Assembly: GCA_944333345.1 (NCBI GenBank)
Contig: CALVKW010000002.1
Span: forward strand, 1 to 34,976
Direction: 5' to 3'
Origin: an uncultured Bacilli bacterium
Lineage (GTDB): Bacteria > Bacillota_I > Bacilli_A > RF39 > UBA660
DNA: 34,976 nucleotides
Part shown: positions 31,974 to 34,976 of the stretch, piece after piece
Layout of the letters: each line of letters opens with the position of its first letter
Numbering within the stretch: position 1 is the first letter of the stretch
Translations under genes and position numbers: made by a program
Notes under the pieces: generated by a model
The model's input: only the letters and a program-made list of their open reading frames with translations
What the model was told of the DNA's origin: nothing
Databases searched by the model: none

Positions 31974-34001
31974 ATGACTGATAATGCGAATGCTGGTGTT
32001 GTTTGGGATCTTATTCGAAGTTTTGCTTCTGCTGTTAATATTGGAATTTACACCCTTTTATCATTTATGTATGAAATTTTCTTTAATGTTTCCACTGTTC
32101 AGTTGTTTGCAAATGAGACAATTAAGAATTTCTATGGCCGTATTCAATTAATCATCGGTGTGTTTATGATTTTTAAATTGGCAATTTCTATCTTGCAAGG
32201 AATTATGGATCCTGAGAAGTTTGCTGGCCCCAAAGAGGGGTTCGGTAGTATTATTACAAGAGTTATTATTTCTCTTGCCTTACTTACTGTTTTAGTTCCT
32301 ATTAATGTTCCAGATGTGGAAAATGCTAATTCGTTTGAAAAACATATTAATAATAATGGGCTTTTATTTGGTACTTTATATTCGTTACAAGAACGTATTC
32401 TTTCGAATAATACTTTGGGTAGACTTATTCTTGGTACGACAGATGAGGCCACGGAGCTTACGGCTGACCAGCAGGCGGCAGGTATGACACAAGCAGATAT
32501 ACAAAATCAGATGTTGCAACGGTCGGCTAGGATTTTTACTTCTACGATTTTAAAAGGATTTGTACGTATTAATTTATTACCAGAAGAAGAGAGAGTTAGT
32601 GATGATGAAAGTGATCAACAAAACTGGTATTGTGGTCATGATTTGAGTGATCAGGCAGTCAATGCTATCGAAGCTTATCAAGCTTTGGATGTTGCTCCTA
32701 GTACAATATTAAGTGATGATATTATTAATGTTGATTGCGATATTCAATCAGGTTTTCTTGGTATTCGATGGCTTGGTGGAGAAGGTAAATATGTTTTTGC
32801 TTTTAACTGGATAGTTTCTGCTATTGTTGGTGTTATTTTCTTAGTTGTTTTAGTTTTATTTACGGTTGATATTGCCATTCGATCTATTAAACTTTCTATC
32901 TTAAGACTTTTAGCACCAATTCCAATTATTAGTTATATAGAGCCTAAATCATCTAAAGATGGGGGAATGTTTTCTTCCTGGGTGAAAATCCTTACTAGTA
33001 CCTATTTGGATTTATTCTTACGACTTGCTATTATTTACTTTGTTATTTTCTTAATTCAAGATATGATTGCAAATGGTATCATTATTAATCAAGCTACTGG
33101 TACTGTTGGTATTGTTTCTGTCATCTTTATTTGGATTGGTTTATTCTTCTTTGCGAAGATGGCACCTAAATTTATTAAAGATGCACTTGGTATTAAGGGT
33201 ACTAGTATGACTAATTTTGGTTTAGGTGGTACTCTTGCTGCTGCTGGAGCCCTTCGTCAAGGAGGTTCTTTGATGGATGCATGGCAAGCTGCGGGGGATG
33301 CTACTGATGCTCAACTCCAGGCTTATAATCAAGGGAAACCGTTACCTGGTCTGGGTATGTCATACAATGCTGGTAAGGATTTTGCTGCAAAGATGTTAAC
33401 TGGAGATGAGCGTATGACTGCTCGAAGAATGAATCAAGGTAAATGGCAGTTATGGGCATCTGGTATTACTCCACAGAGTGGTAAGAGAGTTCATGATGCC
33501 GCTGTACAAGCTCAGGCATTCTCTGATCGTATGTCTTCTGACTTCGTTGCTGGTGTCGGTCAATATATGGATAAAGATGGAACCATGCATGATTATATGT
33601 ATGAGGATGATAATCATCAACTTCATAGTGTTATGGACTGGGTTACTGACGAAAGGGGTAATAGAGTCCAAGTTCTTAATAAAGATAAGGCTTCTCTTGC
33701 TTTGGCACAGCAGAGAACTATTGCTGGAAAACTTGCTTCACGTGATAAGAAAATTGATGCTGAGCTTCGTAGAACTGGTCAAGCTCGTGGATATCGTGAT
33801 TCTGTCCGTCGTAATAATGAAATGTCTACTCATCCTGTTACGCAAGCTGTTGTTGATCGTTACTTGTCTAAGCGTCACGATCAGTCTTATAATCCTGCAG
33901 ATAAAAAATATGGTGAAAAAGGTCCAGATACGTATCAGGCATACGATTCTGATGATTTCCAAGGATATGCAACTGGTTACGATATAAAAACACATAATTA
34001 A
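31974..34001 (+). CDS. VirB6/TrbL-like polytopic T4SS channel protein with a ~230-aa hydrophilic C-terminal tail
   Basis: 675 aa, RBS AGGTAGGTGA. There are at least 6 hydrophobic helices in two blocks (aa ~15-110 and ~275-400) separated by a soluble loop. Its size, topology and position between VirB2-like and VirB3/VirB4-like genes match VirB6 analogues (Tn916 Orf15, ConG, TcpH types). Confidence 0.6.
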   Translation: MTDNANAGVVWDLIRSFASAVNIGIYTLLSFMYEIFFNVSTVQLFANETIKNFYGRIQLIIGVFMIFKLAISILQGIMDPEKFAGPKEGFGSIITRVIISLALLTVLVPINVPDVENANSFEKHINNNGLLFGTLYSLQERILSNNTLGRLILGTTDEATELTADQQAAGMTQADIQNQMLQRSARIFTSTILKGFVRINLLPEEERVSDDESDQQNWYCGHDLSDQAVNAIEAYQALDVAPSTILSDDIINVDCDIQSGFLGIRWLGGEGKYVFAFNWIVSAIVGVIFLVVLVLFTVDIAIRSIKLSILRLLAPIPIISYIEPKSSKDGGMFSSWVKILTSTYLDLFLRLAIIYFVIFLIQDMIANGIIINQATGTVGIVSVIFIWIGLFFFAKMAPKFIKDALGIKGTSMTNFGLGGTLAAAGALRQGGSLMDAWQAAGDATDAQLQAYNQGKPLPGLGMSYNAGKDFAAKMLTGDERMTARRMNQGKWQLWASGITPQSGKRVHDAAVQAQAFSDRMSSDFVAGVGQYMDKDGTMHDYMYEDDNHQLHSVMDWVTDERGNRVQVLNKDKASLALAQQRTIAGKLASRDKKIDAELRRTGQARGYRDSVRRNNEMSTHPVTQAVVDRYLSKRHDQSYNPADKKYGEKGPDTYQAYDSDDFQGYATGYDIKTHN

Positions 34002-34023
34002 TGTTATAGGAGTGTGATAGATA

Positions 34024-34341
34024 GTGAATTATTTAATACCTGCTAATACGAAGAAAGGTCAATTAATTTTAGGATTATTTCGGCCTTTCGATTTAGCTTT
34101 ATTTTTATCAGGGGTTATGGTTACGATTATATTACTTGCATTTATGCCTTTAAGTTCTACCTGGGTTACTATTTTGGTTATTAGTCCTGCGGTTATTTGT
34201 GGCTTTTTGGTAATGCCAGTACCTTATTATCATAATATTTTAAATATTATTGTAGAAATGTATGAGTTTTTTACTACAAATCAGACTTATCATTGGAAAG
34301 GTTGGTGTTTCATGAATGAAAAAGAAAATCGCAGGAAGTAA
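34024..34341 (+). CDS. PrgI-family / VirB3-like small membrane protein
   Basis: 105 aa, GTG start. 'IPANTKKGQLILGLFRPFDLALFLSGVMVTIILLAF' follows the PrgI-family start (vPkd...ki.fGLt.rQl + 2 TM). It lies upstream of the VirB4-like gene. Confidence 0.55.
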   Translation: MNYLIPANTKKGQLILGLFRPFDLALFLSGVMVTIILLAFMPLSSTWVTILVISPAVICGFLVMPVPYYHNILNIIVEMYEFFTTNQTYHWKGWCFMNEKENRRK

Positions 34342-34867
34342 CTTTACGGAAAATTGGTTGCCTGTTAAAGCTATTCAAAATGGGATGATTATTACTTATG
34401 ATAATTTAAAAGTATCTGGTGTAAAGATTGCACCTCGTAATATCTTTATTTTGGATGCACAAGCTCAAGATAATGTACTAATTAGTTTGAGGAACTTTTA
34501 TAATATGTTGGATTTTGAGTTTTGGTTAGTTGTTGCAGATAGACCTGTTGATATTTCTGTATATATGTCACAGCTTCAACTTCTATATAATGAAACACAG
34601 TTACCTTCTATACGTAAATTAATTATGCAGGATATTGAGAAGGGAAATACTTTTATTAATAATAATATTGTAGATACTGAGTATTACATTTTATTTAAAG
34701 AAAAGAATCCTGATGATGTTCAGAAGAAGATTCGTATGTTGATTAATGGTCTTGCTACCTGTGGACTTAATGCTTCACAGACTAGTAATGATGACTTAAG
34801 AATTATTTTAGATAATTTCTTAAATGGGGGAACTACTACTGAATTTGGGACGGTGATGCCTGTATGA
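34316..34867 (+). CDS. T4SS-module protein of unknown function, possibly a stand-alone VirB4-N-terminal-like domain
   Basis: 183 aa. It overlaps the PrgI-like gene by 26 nt and the next ORF by ATGA. 'WLPVKAIQNGMIITYDNLKVSGVKIAPRNIFILDAQAQDNVLISLRNFYNMLDFEFWLVV' resembles the start of some Firmicute VirB4/TraE ATPases. No Walker motifs. Confidence 0.45.
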   Translation: MKKKIAGSNFTENWLPVKAIQNGMIITYDNLKVSGVKIAPRNIFILDAQAQDNVLISLRNFYNMLDFEFWLVVADRPVDISVYMSQLQLLYNETQLPSIRKLIMQDIEKGNTFINNNIVDTEYYILFKEKNPDDVQKKIRMLINGLATCGLNASQTSNDDLRIILDNFLNGGTTTEFGTVMPV

Positions 34868-34976
34868 GTACCAGCTTAAGAAGTCAACTTGCTCCTAAGG
34901 GGCTTAGTTTTAATCCTAGTGATTTCTTTATTAGTGATAAGTATGCAACTATTATGACAGTTGTTTCTTATCCTAA
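34864..34976 (+). CDS. VirB4-like conjugal transfer ATPase, extreme N-terminus (truncated by the window end)
   Basis: This ORF is not in the supplied track. The ATG at 34864 overlaps the preceding TGA (ATGA). Translation: MSTSLRSQLAPKGLSFNPSDFFISDKYATIMTVVSYP..., which matches the 'AP..i.f......i..g.ky.r.l.v..yP' start typical of Gram-positive VirB4 homologues. Only 37 codons are visible. Confidence 0.45.
   Translation, partial: MSTSLRSQLAPKGLSFNPSDFFISDKYATIMTVVSYP

Noticed and set aside
7536-33987. Same-strand alternative-frame ORFs: 7536-7730, 7835-8038, 10833-11051, 21217-21462, 22363-22569, 24506-24691, 32305-32487 and 33478-33987.
   Set aside because: They overlap better-supported genes in another frame, and 10833-11051 runs through a terminator into the spacer. 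They lack RBSs and have Leu/Ile/Phe-rich nonsense-like composition. The 169-aa ORF at 33478-33987 is explained by the locally less AT-rich VirB6-like tail.
3019-33995. Antisense ORFs of 60-102 aa in the supplied track: 3019-3249, 12151-12360, 13970-14194, 14249-14452, 20882-21067, 22208-22414, 22491-22754, 25461-25730, 28643-28846, 28947-29165, 30776-30982, 31022-31246, 32144-32452, 33450-33671 and 33738-33995.
   Set aside because: All lie wholly inside long, motif-supported + strand genes. They have no RBS, and their translations are Ile/Asn/Lys/Phe-rich low-complexity strings typical of shadow frames in AT-rich DNA.
1-34976. Possibility of Mollicute-type genetic code 4 (TGA = Trp), considered because of the low GC and possible kinship with Mollicute ICE genes.
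   Set aside because: TGA clearly terminates well-defined conserved genes (for example ireB at 6896-6898, the short U32 gene at 12020-12022 and the 183-aa ORF at 34865-34867). Conserved proteins also have normal lengths under code 11.
1-34976. CRISPR arrays, tRNA/rRNA genes, IS elements or inverted-repeat-bounded transposons.
   Set aside because: I found no spaced direct repeats, no cloverleaf-like or rRNA-like segments, and no transposase or integrase ORFs. The only nucleotide-level tandem repeat is the in-frame coding repeat at 250-369.

Overview
This is a low-GC Bacillota-type chromosome segment using the standard genetic code (TGA is used as a stop). All genes but one are on the + strand. 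All family calls come from reading motifs by eye in the supplied translations; no searches were run.

Bases 1-16.75 kb are ordinary backbone:
- the 3' part of an Rpn-like nuclease gene
- an adenylate-forming ligase
- an unorthodox hybrid histidine kinase (HisKA-HATPase-REC-HPt)
- TspO (- strand) and a GluP-type rhomboid protease
- the Bacillus-like block ireB-ruvX-DUF1292-mltG-yrrM(O-methyltransferase)...U32/U32 peptidases...HD-dNTPase...greA

That block is interrupted between the methyltransferase and the U32 genes by an NlpC/P60 hydrolase gene and a membrane-protein gene.

From 16.9 kb to the window edge lies the interesting part. It is at least 18 kb of 18 tightly packed or overlapping co-directional ORFs, and the last one is cut by the window. 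It has three modules:
1. An exposed-protein module: a polytopic membrane protein, a 600-aa Ig/tandem-module surface protein, a class-B-sortase-like enzyme and a 970-aa cysteine-rich exported protein.
2. A Tad/Flp type IVc pilus module: CpaB-like, TadA/CpaF ATPase, two TadB/C platform proteins, a 60-aa Flp-size pilin, a TadE-like pseudopilin and a TadZ-like protein.
3. Directly abutting, a Gram-positive-style T4SS channel module: a VirB2/TrbC-like 2-TM protein, a secreted protein ending in the same 2-TM module, a VirB6/TrbL-like protein, a PrgI/VirB3-like protein, a small unknown ORF and the start of a VirB4-like ATPase.

No prepilin peptidase, relaxase, coupling protein, integrase, tRNA, rRNA or CRISPR array is visible in the window. 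I regard the fused Tad-pilus/T4SS supercluster as the candidate undescribed system. Its unusual traits are non-canonical pilin signals, an embedded sortase with no visible substrate, Cys-rich exoproteins, twin promoters, and a 2-TM module that recurs in a distant P60 hydrolase.
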